49,537 nucleotides of DNA from an uncultured Candidatus Saccharibacteria bacterium (GTDB lineage: Bacteria > Patescibacteriota > Saccharimonadia > JAGOAT01 > CAYZIP01). The position numbers and the translations under genes were made by a program. The notes below the pieces were generated by a model. The model searched no databases, had not been told where the DNA came from, and was given only the letters and a program-made list of their open reading frames with translations. The stretch's first letter is position 1. Each line of letters starts with the position of its first letter. The stretch spans positions 1 to 49,537 of the forward strand of contig CAYZIP010000006.1 of the NCBI GenBank assembly GCA_964478695.1, given 5' to 3'. This document shows, piece by piece, positions 39,590 through 48,055 of the stretch.

Positions 39590-39973
39590 ATGGCAAAATA
39601 TGTAGATGGCTTTGTATTAGTGATACCAAAGGGAAAAGAAGTAGAATATGAAGAAATGGCAAAGATGGGAAGAGATTCTTGGATGAAGCATGGTGCTCTA
39701 CAATATTTTGAATGTAAGGGTGACGATCTAAAGCAACAAGAAATGAGTACTCAAAAATCACGCTCATACACTGAGATGACCAAGGCTAGTGGCGAAGAGA
39801 ATGTATGGTTTTCATTCATAGTTTTCAATTCCAAAGAACATCGTGATGAAGTAAACAAAAAAGTAATGGATGAGCTAGAAGCTACTTATGGTGGTACGAC
39901 AGCCGATTTTGAAATGCCCAACGATATGACCAAAATGGCCTATGGCGGGTTCACTGCTGTAGTTGAAGGCTAG
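39590..39973 (+). CDS. DUF1428 family protein
   Basis: KYVDGFVLVIP...YEEMA...WMKHGALQYFEC..DDL...VWFSFIVF.S.EHRDEVN..VM...MAYGGF. SD AAGAAGGA. Confidence 0.9.
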   Translation: MAKYVDGFVLVIPKGKEVEYEEMAKMGRDSWMKHGALQYFECKGDDLKQQEMSTQKSRSYTEMTKASGEENVWFSFIVFNSKEHRDEVNKKVMDELEATYGGTTADFEMPNDMTKMAYGGFTAVVEG

Positions 39974-39983
39974 GTATTAAATC

Positions 39984-40193
39984 ATGAAAATATAATTATA
40001 TAATACGATTGAGAGTACAGGTATTGCCCGGATAATACATTTACTATTTTAGAGCAAAATCGACACTGATCATGTTTTTGTCAATCAAACCAACTGGCAT
40101 TGCGGCTGCTACCTTTTCAATGGACGTAATGGTTTTGAAGATAATGCAGGTGAATGTTCTCATATTCAGGCAATAAAGCTGAAAGGATTTTAG
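39984..40193 (+). pseudogene. SWIM-type zinc-finger protein remnant with two in-frame stops
   Basis: Hand translation MKI*LYNTIESTGIARIIHLLF*SKIDTDHVFVNQTNWHCGCYLFNGRNGFEDNAGECSHIQAIKLKGF* contains the CxC-x15-CxH SWIM signature. Confidence 0.6.
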
Positions 40194-40414
40194 TCAGTTT
40201 CGGCCAACTAGAGAGTTACTACCTCTGGTAGAATATAAAGAACAAATGAATGTGAACAGAAGAAAATATTAAAGTTGCCTCTACTAGATCTTGCCAACAG
40301 CAAAAAGTTTGAGAACGTAGTACTTTAAAGATCTGAGTGGTGCTTAAGTATATCAGAATCTAGAAGAACTAAAAATAGCTTGATAACAAAAAATATAAAA
40401 TCTACAATAGTCTT

Positions 40415-40927
40415 ATGAATTACAAACAACAGAGTAACCAAGGCTGTCTCGTCGTAGATTTAATGTACTTATTTGGCATTGAGCCGACTAGAGACAAAGA
40501 GCAGAACATTTTAAGCGACGGCTTGTTTCGATTACGTGAGAACTATACGCTAGGCTGCTTACTCGCTTTTCTTGACCGCTACACAGATAAGTCAGCAACC
40601 CTGTATGTAGATAACAAATACTACCTAGATATTTTGAAGCAATGGGTTAAGCATCCACGTATTGAGATGGTGTACAAGAAAAACGATGCAAAGTTGCTAG
40701 ATACACTCGATGCCCCTTTTATCGTCTACGTTGATAACAACATTACTGACGGCTGGACACACCTGCCTCACTATATGATGATTACAAGTGCTACAAATAA
40801 GTTTTACAACGTCTTCGACCCTTGGGATGGTAAGATAATTAAACTATCTAAGGATAAGGTACTGAGTGGAATTGAGCTGTTGCGTAGTCATGTTAAAGTT
40901 TGCCCGTTCATTATTCAGGCAAGTTAA
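40415..40927 (+). CDS. C39-like cysteine peptidase
   Basis: QQSNQGCL (Q...C), PHYMMIT (His), VFDPWDG (Asp). Confidence 0.7.
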   Translation: MNYKQQSNQGCLVVDLMYLFGIEPTRDKEQNILSDGLFRLRENYTLGCLLAFLDRYTDKSATLYVDNKYYLDILKQWVKHPRIEMVYKKNDAKLLDTLDAPFIVYVDNNITDGWTHLPHYMMITSATNKFYNVFDPWDGKIIKLSKDKVLSGIELLRSHVKVCPFIIQAS

Positions 40928-41231
40928 GCCCCCTTCATCTATAAGCCGTGCCATTTTAGAAAGTCAGTAAACGCACCCCTCTTTGTAGGCTATAAATAAC
41001 ATTAACATCAAAAAATGATTTGTTTTAACCATTTCACTCAACGATTGCTCACAGAGGTAGACACTAAAGAATCGCCCAATAATGCTCGTCAATGTTGAGC
41101 ATTCACAATATTATCAAGAATTGCCTGGAAGCAGAAAATATCCATACTAACTGAGTACTTCTTAATAGAGTCATGTAATTCATCTATAACTATTTCTACT
41201 ATTTCACCCCAAGTATTTAGTGGTATTAATC

Positions 41232-41471
41232 TTATAGTCTATCCTTATCACCAAAAATAGCTATGACAATTCTGGATGCAACTGAAACCTTCCTGCTAAA
41301 TGTGATATGATCGGAAAAAAGTTGTACAAAGTAACTGTGCAACTTGCTATTTCTGCTTTTAATCTCGCTTAATATCTGTTTTGGGGCTGGTCGCCATTTT
41401 TTAATCGTGTCAAAATAAACTTCAATAAGAGCAGTTATCTTAATAGATAGTATTAGGTTTGCTGTCGCCAT
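41232..41471 (-). pseudogene. C-terminal remnant resembling nucleotidyltransferase-associated helical domains
   Basis: The frame extends upstream without a start (IAIHGDMATANLILSI...KWRPAPKQILSEI) and is flanked by non-coding or broken frames. The family call is from recall only. Confidence 0.35.
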
Positions 41472-41874
41472 ATCTCCATGTATGGCTATAAGTGGAAATT
41501 TATTATGGTAGAAACAAAAGTCATGATAGAAATGAATAAAATATACTAGACACCATTAACTATGTCCTACTTTTATTTAAAGCACTTTCGTCGTGGACTT
41601 TCCCTGTGCTCTTTAGCACTACCATCACTTACTCAACACCCTTATGATGATGTCAATCAAAGGCTTGTCCCGGCAAATAGTTAATTGCTGGTCATTACCT
41701 CAAAATATTGATTTGAAAGGTGTTCAGGGCTAGCATAGTCACTACTACTATGAGCTTCTTCTTTTATAGGATATCCGACTAAGTATGTTTTATGGTACTA
41801 CGTTATTACTATCCATGCTATTCACATTATGCCTTACCAAAAAGTTCAGTGATTTTTTTGTATACTAATAAGTA

Positions 41875-42618
41875 ATGCCTAGAAGTATAAAAATTAACAT
41901 AAATAGCACAAATAATATTAAGGCTTTGGCGGACTTTCTTAAGCAACGTAGAAGCAAAACACGCCCAGAGTTGTCCTCTGTTAAAAAGTCCTTAATTCCG
42001 TCGATATATAATCAATTTATACTCCCAATGTTGAACTTATGGAGTAATCCTAAATCCAAAATAACAGAGTCTGACCTAATAGATTTTATGGGTGAAGTTT
42101 TTGCTCTATCAATATATTCTATATATAATACTGTATCTAATTGGGAAAAAGATCCAAAGTTGTCAAATAACCTGACACCCGATTTTTTAATTAATAACAG
42201 TGACTATGTTGAGATATATTCTCCAGAGATTGATTTTTGGAAGAATGTTAGCTCTACTGCTGGATTTCAGCCTGCGGCAGAATTGTTGACACAGAATACC
42301 GTCGTGAAGACCGTAGAGACTAAATCTAACAAGTATAGTGGATGCTCTATGGTTATCTTGGTGATAGTTTATAACTACCCATTTCCAAATGATTTGTCAA
42401 AAATATATGAACATATAAAGCACCGACCTGAACATAGAATTGTTGGTATGTATGGTAGTGCCATAGTCTACGATTCGTCTGGAGAAACTAAGACACGCAA
42501 GAAGCAAGTGCTTGTGCCTCTTAGTGATAAGTACCCGAAACAAGCTGAAAAAGTAGTAGCCAAAAAATACTTACTAAAGAAAAGGGACGCTACATACCCT
42601 ACACGAGCTACTGAATGA
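41875..42618 (+). CDS. Hypothetical protein with a PD-(D/E)xK-like nuclease motif
   Basis: TPDFLINNSDYVEIYSP followed by K..KY and a hydrophobic strand (KSNKYSGCSMVILVIV). Confidence 0.6.
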   Translation: MPRSIKININSTNNIKALADFLKQRRSKTRPELSSVKKSLIPSIYNQFILPMLNLWSNPKSKITESDLIDFMGEVFALSIYSIYNTVSNWEKDPKLSNNLTPDFLINNSDYVEIYSPEIDFWKNVSSTAGFQPAAELLTQNTVVKTVETKSNKYSGCSMVILVIVYNYPFPNDLSKIYEHIKHRPEHRIVGMYGSAIVYDSSGETKTRKKQVLVPLSDKYPKQAEKVVAKKYLLKKRDATYPTRATE

Positions 42619-42738
42619 GCTTTTAGAACACTCAGAAGAAACTATGGGTATTCTAAATGAAATTGAGGAAAGCATGTAGTCCTAGCAATGGCCTTGCTAA
42701 ACCCAGGCTTGTAAGTGGTGCTCTAGCGCCTACCTGAG

Positions 42739-43806
42739 CTATTGCTTTGGTCTTAGCAGATCCAATAGGCCAATATTTGCAAAGAATAAGTATTTTCCCA
42801 CTTTAACAGATTGCATTACGCCAATCCTTTCCAGGCTCTTAAGATGACTTGAACCAGTCTGATAAGTTACTTTTAGCATTTCTCCATATCTTGTCGGTGT
42901 GATGAAAGGTTGATTAAAGATTGCGTCCACTAAGTCACGAGAGTAGATTTTCGGTAATTCTTTCCTTATTTTTCGCTTAACTTCTTCATGCAAGTCTTTT
43001 ATTTTAAGAAGAATATCAGTACTTTCGATAGCCTGTTCTTTGAATGCATTCAACATATAGTTTATGTAGCCCTGCCAATCACCCTCATCGGTAACTTTTC
43101 TAATAGCCTCGTAATACTCGCTCTTGTGATTGTTAATGTACCCACTAATAAATAGAACAGGTAGGTCAAGCAAACCAAAATGAGTAAGACACAGAACCAT
43201 TAGTATTCTCCCAGTTCTACCATTACCGTCACCAAACGGGTGTATGGCCTCAAACTGATAGTGAGTAATTATTGTTATGAGAATAGGGTCTATGCCTATA
43301 GGGTTTTTATGTATGAATGTTTCAATGTCCGATATTAAGTCAGGTATTGAACTAGCGGCAGGTGGTGTGTAGATTACTTGCTTGGTCTTATCGTTGATAA
43401 GTGCGTTTTGGGTTTGCCTGAAGCCCTTTTCGTATGGCACAAGCATGTCATGCACTTCCTGGATTAATCTTGAGCCAATCAGTACTATATTTAGCATCTT
43501 CAACCCATGAGAAAGAGCGTGATTATACCTCAAAACTTCTTTATCTGCTGTCTGTTGCTCAGCTTCAGAGAATAACTGTGCCTGAAGTACATCTGCAAAT
43601 GTAGTGATTATATTTTCAATCTCAGAACTCGCAAGTGCTTCCCTTAAGACGGTTGGAGACAATAGAAGTTGGGGATTAGGCAAGCCATAACAGGCACCCT
43701 TAAGAATACCAATTTGCTTATGAACGTCAATCAGTTGCTTATTAAACTCATCAAAGTTGATTTCCTTTAGTACACTTAGTTTCTTTAGCTGATGTGGGTC
43801 ATTCAT
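42739..43806 (-). CDS. Fic-family protein (class II: N-terminal inhibitory helix, Fic core, C-terminal wHTH)
   Basis: HPFGDGNGRTGR canonical motif; ASSEIEN matches (S/T)xxxE(G/N); C-terminal HTH. SD GAAAGGAAG. Confidence 0.93.
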   Translation of the reverse strand: MNDPHQLKKLSVLKEINFDEFNKQLIDVHKQIGILKGACYGLPNPQLLLSPTVLREALASSEIENIITTFADVLQAQLFSEAEQQTADKEVLRYNHALSHGLKMLNIVLIGSRLIQEVHDMLVPYEKGFRQTQNALINDKTKQVIYTPPAASSIPDLISDIETFIHKNPIGIDPILITIITHYQFEAIHPFGDGNGRTGRILMVLCLTHFGLLDLPVLFISGYINNHKSEYYEAIRKVTDEGDWQGYINYMLNAFKEQAIESTDILLKIKDLHEEVKRKIRKELPKIYSRDLVDAIFNQPFITPTRYGEMLKVTYQTGSSHLKSLERIGVMQSVKVGKYLFFANIGLLDLLRPKQ

Positions 43807-43827
43807 AAACTTCCTTTCATTTAATAC

Positions 43828-43872
43828 ATATTACGTCATATATTAAAAAAAGTCAATTTCTTTAATATATGA
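43828..43872 (-). promoter_or_regulatory. fic promoter with a palindromic operator-like site
   Basis: TTGACT(43856-43851)-N17-TAATAT(43833-43828); 12-bp perfect inverted repeat tcatatattaaa (43836-43847) / tttaatatatga (43861-43872) straddling the -35 box. Confidence 0.6.
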
Positions 43873-43892
43873 TAGCCTATATATACAATCGC

Positions 43893-43982
43893 TTAATACG
43901 TGCTAAGTTCCATATTAATAAAAGAGAATTTGCTTAATATACTACAGGCAGTTAGTATTTTGTAAGTTTTGCAGTCTTTCAC
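43893..43982 (-). CDS. 29-codon small ORF (MKDCKTYKILTACSILSKFSFINMELSTY); leader peptide or truncated gene
   Basis: GTG start 7 nt after the strong SD AGAAAGGAG; sits just downstream of the 44028-44056 terminator. Confidence 0.4.
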   Translation of the reverse strand: MKDCKTYKILTACSILSKFSFINMELSTY

Positions 43983-44027
43983 TTAGACGCTCCTTTCTAG
44001 TTAGCTATAACCGCAGGAAAGTGCCTT

Positions 44028-44056
44028 AAATAAAAAGGGACACCGCCAACGGTGTC
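44028..44056 (-). terminator. Intrinsic terminator
   Basis: Minus strand GACACCG-UUGG-CGGUGUC followed by CCUUUUUAUUU. Confidence 0.75.
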
Positions 44057-44175
44057 TAAACTGTTTTTTCCACAATAAGCTTTCACCTACTGTTTCGGGC
44101 GATGCCCCTTTCTAAGGTGAACAAGCCGAGCGGAAAAACCGACGGTTTCTTATTGCGTATTTAACAGTTTAGACA
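44028..44175 (-). ncRNA. Candidate structured leader RNA / sRNA (unclassified)
   Basis: Perfect 13-bp closing stem (44053-44065 / 44163-44175), a 9-bp inner stem with a G-U pair only on the minus strand, two further hairpins, a promoter immediately upstream and a terminator immediately downstream. Confidence 0.62.
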
Positions 44176-44181
44176 AGACTT

Positions 44182-44190
44182 ATTATAGCA
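44182..44190 (-). promoter_or_regulatory. Extended -10 promoter TGcTATAAT
   Basis: Perfect consensus; predicted start about 44175, the first base of the 13-bp stem. Confidence 0.65.
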
Positions 44191-44207
44191 TCCCGTCATC
44201 TAGCGGA

Positions 44208-44804
44208 CTATTTCTCGAAGACTTTGTACTCACCCTCTTCTTGGGCGTAAATAGGTAGCGACTCATCGCCGTATTCTTCAAGTTCACGTTTTGCTTGCTC
44301 CCAGTCGATACTACCCCTCGGGTCATCTGCACCAAATGCTGAGTTATAGTGGGGTATAAACTTGATAGGCAATACACCGAAGCCATCACCACACTGCCTC
44401 CAGTCGCAAGTCCAATAGTGAGCAACAAGTAGGTTGGAGCTTGCTGAGTTAGTAGCAATAACCTTGTCTTTGAATAGTTCCGCTAAATCAAACTTACGCA
44501 TCCAGTACTGTACTAGGTGGTCATCTCCGCCGTGAAAGTAAATTATGTCAGCATCATTGCATTGCTCAGCGAAAGTATCGGGCATAGCTAAAGCAAATGA
44601 TGGACTTACAGTATCTGGCAAGTCTTCTGATATGGCGTCGGAGTAGCCTTGAAACTTCTCCTCCCAATACTCTCTACCTTGAGCAAAGTTGCACAGCAAG
44701 AACTTGGGATTATCGCTTAAACCTTTTACAAGCTCTTGATGGAACTCTCTTTTAAGCATTGGTGCGTTTTTAATACCCCCCGAGTTGAGAACGTACTTTG
44801 TCAT
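44208..44804 (-). CDS. Peptidase E (S51) / type 1 glutamine amidotransferase-like protein
   Basis: IIYFHGGD, TNSASS nucleophile elbow, FIPHY. Confidence 0.8.
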   Translation of the reverse strand: MTKYVLNSGGIKNAPMLKREFHQELVKGLSDNPKFLLCNFAQGREYWEEKFQGYSDAISEDLPDTVSPSFALAMPDTFAEQCNDADIIYFHGGDDHLVQYWMRKFDLAELFKDKVIATNSASSNLLVAHYWTCDWRQCGDGFGVLPIKFIPHYNSAFGADDPRGSIDWEQAKRELEEYGDESLPIYAQEEGEYKVFEK

Positions 44805-45289
44805 TTCAAGCCGTCCCTAAGATTTTCAAGAGAAAGGTCTACTCTGTAGTCTCGAATAAACACACCCTCTTCAATCTCTGCGTCGTTCATCCAGACTTTC
44901 TCAGGAGTTGCTTTGTACATATAGCGGACTGATTCACCGAGAAGACTGTCAGGCGATTGCTCAAAGTCAGAACCCTTTTTGATTCGTCTTACTTTTAAAA
45001 TTTCATCTGGGTCAGTAACTTGCTCTACGCTAGCTTGGATATAAACTCCCTCGCCATCGCCTTCTGGTACGGTTGAGTCGTAGATGACAATAAAGACCCT
45101 GCTATTGTTGGTGACGTTTTTAGAGTGCTGCCCCTCTTTGTCTGACACCCAGTAAACATTGAGGTCGCTATCGTATTCGTGTGCAACTGGGCTATTCCAA
45201 GGCAAACCGTCAGGAGTGACTGTAGCTAGGGTTGCATATCTGATTTGTTTTATAATTTCTACCGCACGTTTTTCGTGATGCTCGCTCAT
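44801..45289 (-). CDS. Pyridoxamine 5'-phosphate oxidase-like FMN-binding protein
   Basis: YATLATVTPDGLPWNSPV, YWVS...QHSKN, GVYIQA. ATGA overlap with the downstream gene. Confidence 0.88.
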   Translation of the reverse strand: MSEHHEKRAVEIIKQIRYATLATVTPDGLPWNSPVAHEYDSDLNVYWVSDKEGQHSKNVTNNSRVFIVIYDSTVPEGDGEGVYIQASVEQVTDPDEILKVRRIKKGSDFEQSPDSLLGESVRYMYKATPEKVWMNDAEIEEGVFIRDYRVDLSLENLRDGLK

Positions 45290-45345
45290 AGTTTCATTAT
45301 ATACCAGATAACTGTTGAACCTAGATTACAAGCTATAATGATGGT

Positions 45346-47205
45346 ATGGCTGGAGAGAGACGAAAACGCAAACCTATTGAAAGAGTTACCCTAACGCCCG
45401 AGCAAGTTAAGGAAGCTGAGGGCGTAATTGAAGATGCACTGAAAGATAATCCAAACGTTTACGACTTACCCGAGAGTAAATACAACCTAGATACACTTGC
45501 CAAGTTCTTTGTAGAGAGCAACAATGACAGCCAACTTATATTGCCTACTGAGAAGAGGCGTTATGTAGTGTATCTACGCAAGTCTACCGATAGCGAAGAC
45601 CGCCAAGTACGTTCTATAACCGACCAAAAAGCAGAGTGTTTATTGCTTGCAAGAACGCTTGGTATAACAGTACGAGAACAGGATATTCTTGAAGAAAGTG
45701 CCTCAGCTAAGAAGTCAGGTCGTAAAGAACGACCAATCTTCAACACGATGCTGGACGGTTTTAGAGCTAGTAAGTATCACGGTCTAATAGTTTGGTCTCC
45801 CGACCGCCTTTCACGCAATATGAAAGATGCTGGTGAGATTATTGAAATGATTGACCTAGAAAAGATACAAGACTTGCATTTCAAGACGTATCAGTTTGAG
45901 AACAACCCTAACGGCAAGATGCTACTTGGTATCCTGTTTGCCACCTCCAAGCAATATTCCGACAAGCTTTCGACTGACGTTAAACGTGGCACTGATGGCA
46001 ACGCCAATGAGGGTAAATACAATGGGGCTGTCAAAAAGGGCTACTTTGTTGATATGGAAAGTAAACACTTTTTGCCAGACGGACATAATTGGCAACTACT
46101 ACGCCAAGCAGTACTTATGAGGCTCAGGGACAAGAAGACCAATCAAGATGTTGCTGACTTCTTGAACGACAGCAACTTTAGCCAACGCAAAACTCAGTAC
46201 GACGAATATCAAAAGGTTAAAATGACCAAGCAAATGGTCAGCGATATGTTTAGCGACTCGTTCTACTGTGGCATTTACCAGTATGGTGGTAACGTTGCCA
46301 ATATTGTTGACCTGTATGGCTTTTTGCCTGTCTTTACAGCCGAGGAGTTCATACAGCTTAGCCGTAAGATGTCCGATAACTTCGACGAGGAGTTTAAGGG
46401 TCGGGGCTCTAACGCACAACGGCTCGATTTTGGAGTACTTAGAGAAAAAGTTATCTGTGATTATTGTGATAGACCGATGGGCTTCCAGCGAACTAAGATA
46501 CCAAGAGGAAAAAACCAAGGTCGCTATATGATTAGTTTCTACTGCCGTGATAATGGTCAGAATTGTCTACGCCACAATAACGAGGAAGCTATAAAACAAT
46601 ACGGTAAAAAGCTTAGCAAAAGTGTCAGACTCAAGGATATAACGCCACACATCGCTTGGACGATACAGAACTGTACTAAAGACAGCAAGAAAGCATACGA
46701 CTACTATATCGAACGTCTAAAAAGTGAAGTTGCTGTCAAACGTGAGACAGCTAAACGCAAGCTGGCTGATGCTAGAAAAGAAGTTGCTAAGCAAGAAGAG
46801 ATGCTAGCCCAGTATCAGAACTTTCAAGTACAGCACCCTGAAGATTATCAGAAGTACCACAAAAATAAGCTAGAGGAGCATCAACAGCTCCTTGATGTAC
46901 ATAGTGTAAGTGTCTCTAAACTAGAGAAAGAACTCGAAAAACTCAAGCAAGATTTACCAACCCGCAAAGAGTTTGCTGAACTCGTCCAATCGTATCTGTT
47001 AATACTACGTACAACCCGTGATTTGGTGGAAGAGGACGAAGTGTACAAAGAGATGGTGTTGAACCTACGTGTTAGGGACGACTCCGCCCCTGTTATAAAA
47101 TTAAATCCACCATACAATTTGATGGTGGATTTAAGTAAAATCGTTTCTGGTCGGGGTGAAAGGACTCGAACCTTCGACCTCATGCTCCCAAAGCACGCGC
47201 GCTAG
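45346..47205 (+). CDS. Large serine recombinase (resolvase + recombinase + Zn ribbon + coiled coil)
   Basis: YLRKSTDSEDRQ..S...Q catalytic Ser, ESASAK...RPIF, DRLSRN, CDYC...YC...C. The last 19 codons lie antisense on tRNA-Pro. Confidence 0.93.
   Translation: MAGERRKRKPIERVTLTPEQVKEAEGVIEDALKDNPNVYDLPESKYNLDTLAKFFVESNNDSQLILPTEKRRYVVYLRKSTDSEDRQVRSITDQKAECLLLARTLGITVREQDILEESASAKKSGRKERPIFNTMLDGFRASKYHGLIVWSPDRLSRNMKDAGEIIEMIDLEKIQDLHFKTYQFENNPNGKMLLGILFATSKQYSDKLSTDVKRGTDGNANEGKYNGAVKKGYFVDMESKHFLPDGHNWQLLRQAVLMRLRDKKTNQDVADFLNDSNFSQRKTQYDEYQKVKMTKQMVSDMFSDSFYCGIYQYGGNVANIVDLYGFLPVFTAEEFIQLSRKMSDNFDEEFKGRGSNAQRLDFGVLREKVICDYCDRPMGFQRTKIPRGKNQGRYMISFYCRDNGQNCLRHNNEEAIKQYGKKLSKSVRLKDITPHIAWTIQNCTKDSKKAYDYYIERLKSEVAVKRETAKRKLADARKEVAKQEEMLAQYQNFQVQHPEDYQKYHKNKLEEHQQLLDVHSVSVSKLEKELEKLKQDLPTRKEFAELVQSYLLILRTTRDLVEEDEVYKEMVLNLRVRDDSAPVIKLNPPYNLMVDLSKIVSGRGERTRTFDLMLPKHAR
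47101..47134 (-). terminator. Terminator hairpin for tRNA-Pro, embedded in the recombinase CDS
   Basis: 13-bp perfect inverted repeat ttaaatccaccat / atggtggatttaa with an 8-nt loop, 13 nt beyond the tRNA CCA, followed by UUUU on the minus strand. Confidence 0.65.
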
Positions 47206-47224
47206 CCAACTGCGCCACACCCCG
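47148..47224 (-). tRNA. tRNA-Pro (UGG)
   Basis: CGGGGTG TGGCGCAGTTGGCTAGCGC GCGTGCT TTGGGAG CATG...GGTTCGAGTCC...CACCCCGACCA. Confidence 0.95.
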
Positions 47225-47284
47225 TAATATATTTATTATATCCTTACCTAAACAAAATGGCTATAGCTTCGATATAGAAAGTGA

Positions 47285-48031
47285 TTAGCGCTTACCTACT
47301 TTTCTAACAGCCTCTTCTACTGTAGATATGAAATCAGATGGAAATATAATAGTAGAATTCTTTTCTACTGCAATTTCAGAGAGAACCTGTAGATTACGCA
47401 ATTGCAAGGCTACTGGATGCGCGGCTATCTGGTCTGCGGCCTTAGCTAAGTTGTCTATAGACAGCATTTCCCCTTCAGCTGCAATAATTTTAGCTCTCTT
47501 TTCTCTATCAGCTTCGGCTTCTTTGGCCATAGCTCTCTGCATACTTTCCGGCAATTGAATATCTTTAATCTCCACAATGGTTACCAAAACTCCCCAAGCC
47601 TCTGTCTGTGTGTCTATAATATCTCTAATCTTAGCATTAATCTTTTCTGTATTGCTCAGTATTTCATCCAAACTAAACTGTCCGGCAATATTTCGTACTG
47701 TAGTTTGAGCTATTTGATCCACCGCCCTAGCAGCATTATCTATAGCTACTAAAGATTTGGTAGCATCAACTATATGAAAATAAGATACGGCGGCCACATC
47801 AATAGAAACATTATCTCTAGTAATGATCTTTTGTGACGGAATAGGCATAGTAATAGTGCGCATATCCACTCGACGCAATTGATCTATGATAGGAATAATC
47901 CAATTCAGTCCAGGGCCTTTTTCTCCAACCACACGACCCAGACGAAAAACAACACCTCTCTCGTATTGCCATACTATACGTAATCCAGATAATAAAATTA
48001 TAAATATAATTAATAGTAATACAGGAAGCAT
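47285..48031 (-). CDS. SPFH/band-7 (stomatin/slipin) protein
   Basis: [59 protein letters not shown]. Confidence 0.93.
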   Translation of the reverse strand: MLPVLLLIIFIILLSGLRIVWQYERGVVFRLGRVVGEKGPGLNWIIPIIDQLRRVDMRTITMPIPSQKIITRDNVSIDVAAVSYFHIVDATKSLVAIDNAARAVDQIAQTTVRNIAGQFSLDEILSNTEKINAKIRDIIDTQTEAWGVLVTIVEIKDIQLPESMQRAMAKEAEADREKRAKIIAAEGEMLSIDNLAKAADQIAAHPVALQLRNLQVLSEIAVEKNSTIIFPSDFISTVEEAVRKVGKR

Positions 48032-48055
48032 CGATTTCTCCTTATTTTAAAAATA

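Larger units (their letters stand above)
39590..47147. mobile_element. Decaying integrative island adjoining the 3' end of tRNA-Pro (left boundary uncertain)
   Basis: Large serine recombinase abutting tRNA-Pro, higher GC and different codon usage by eye, pseudogene fragments, Fic and nuclease cargo. No attL repeat found. Confidence 0.6.

Noticed and set aside
39984-40193. Stop-codon reassignment suggested by in-frame stops
   Set aside because: Two different stops (TAA and TAG) are involved, and all core genes read and terminate normally in code 11.
44080-44122. Hammerhead-like look within the island RNA (stem, GAAAC, GUA, stem)
   Set aside because: The required CUGANGA is replaced by CUUAGAAAG, and stem III would have a 1-nt loop; not a functional hammerhead as written.
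44053-44175. 13-bp inverted repeats as an invertible promoter switch or MITE ends
   Set aside because: The interior has further nested stems with strand-specific G-U pairing and the repeat starts at the predicted TSS, which favours RNA structure. Inversion can still be tested by read orientation.
39368-44200. attL direct repeat of the tRNA-Pro 3' end
   Set aside because: No convincing match to tggtcggggtg found by eye, only 6-7-nt chance matches, so the island's left boundary remains unassigned.
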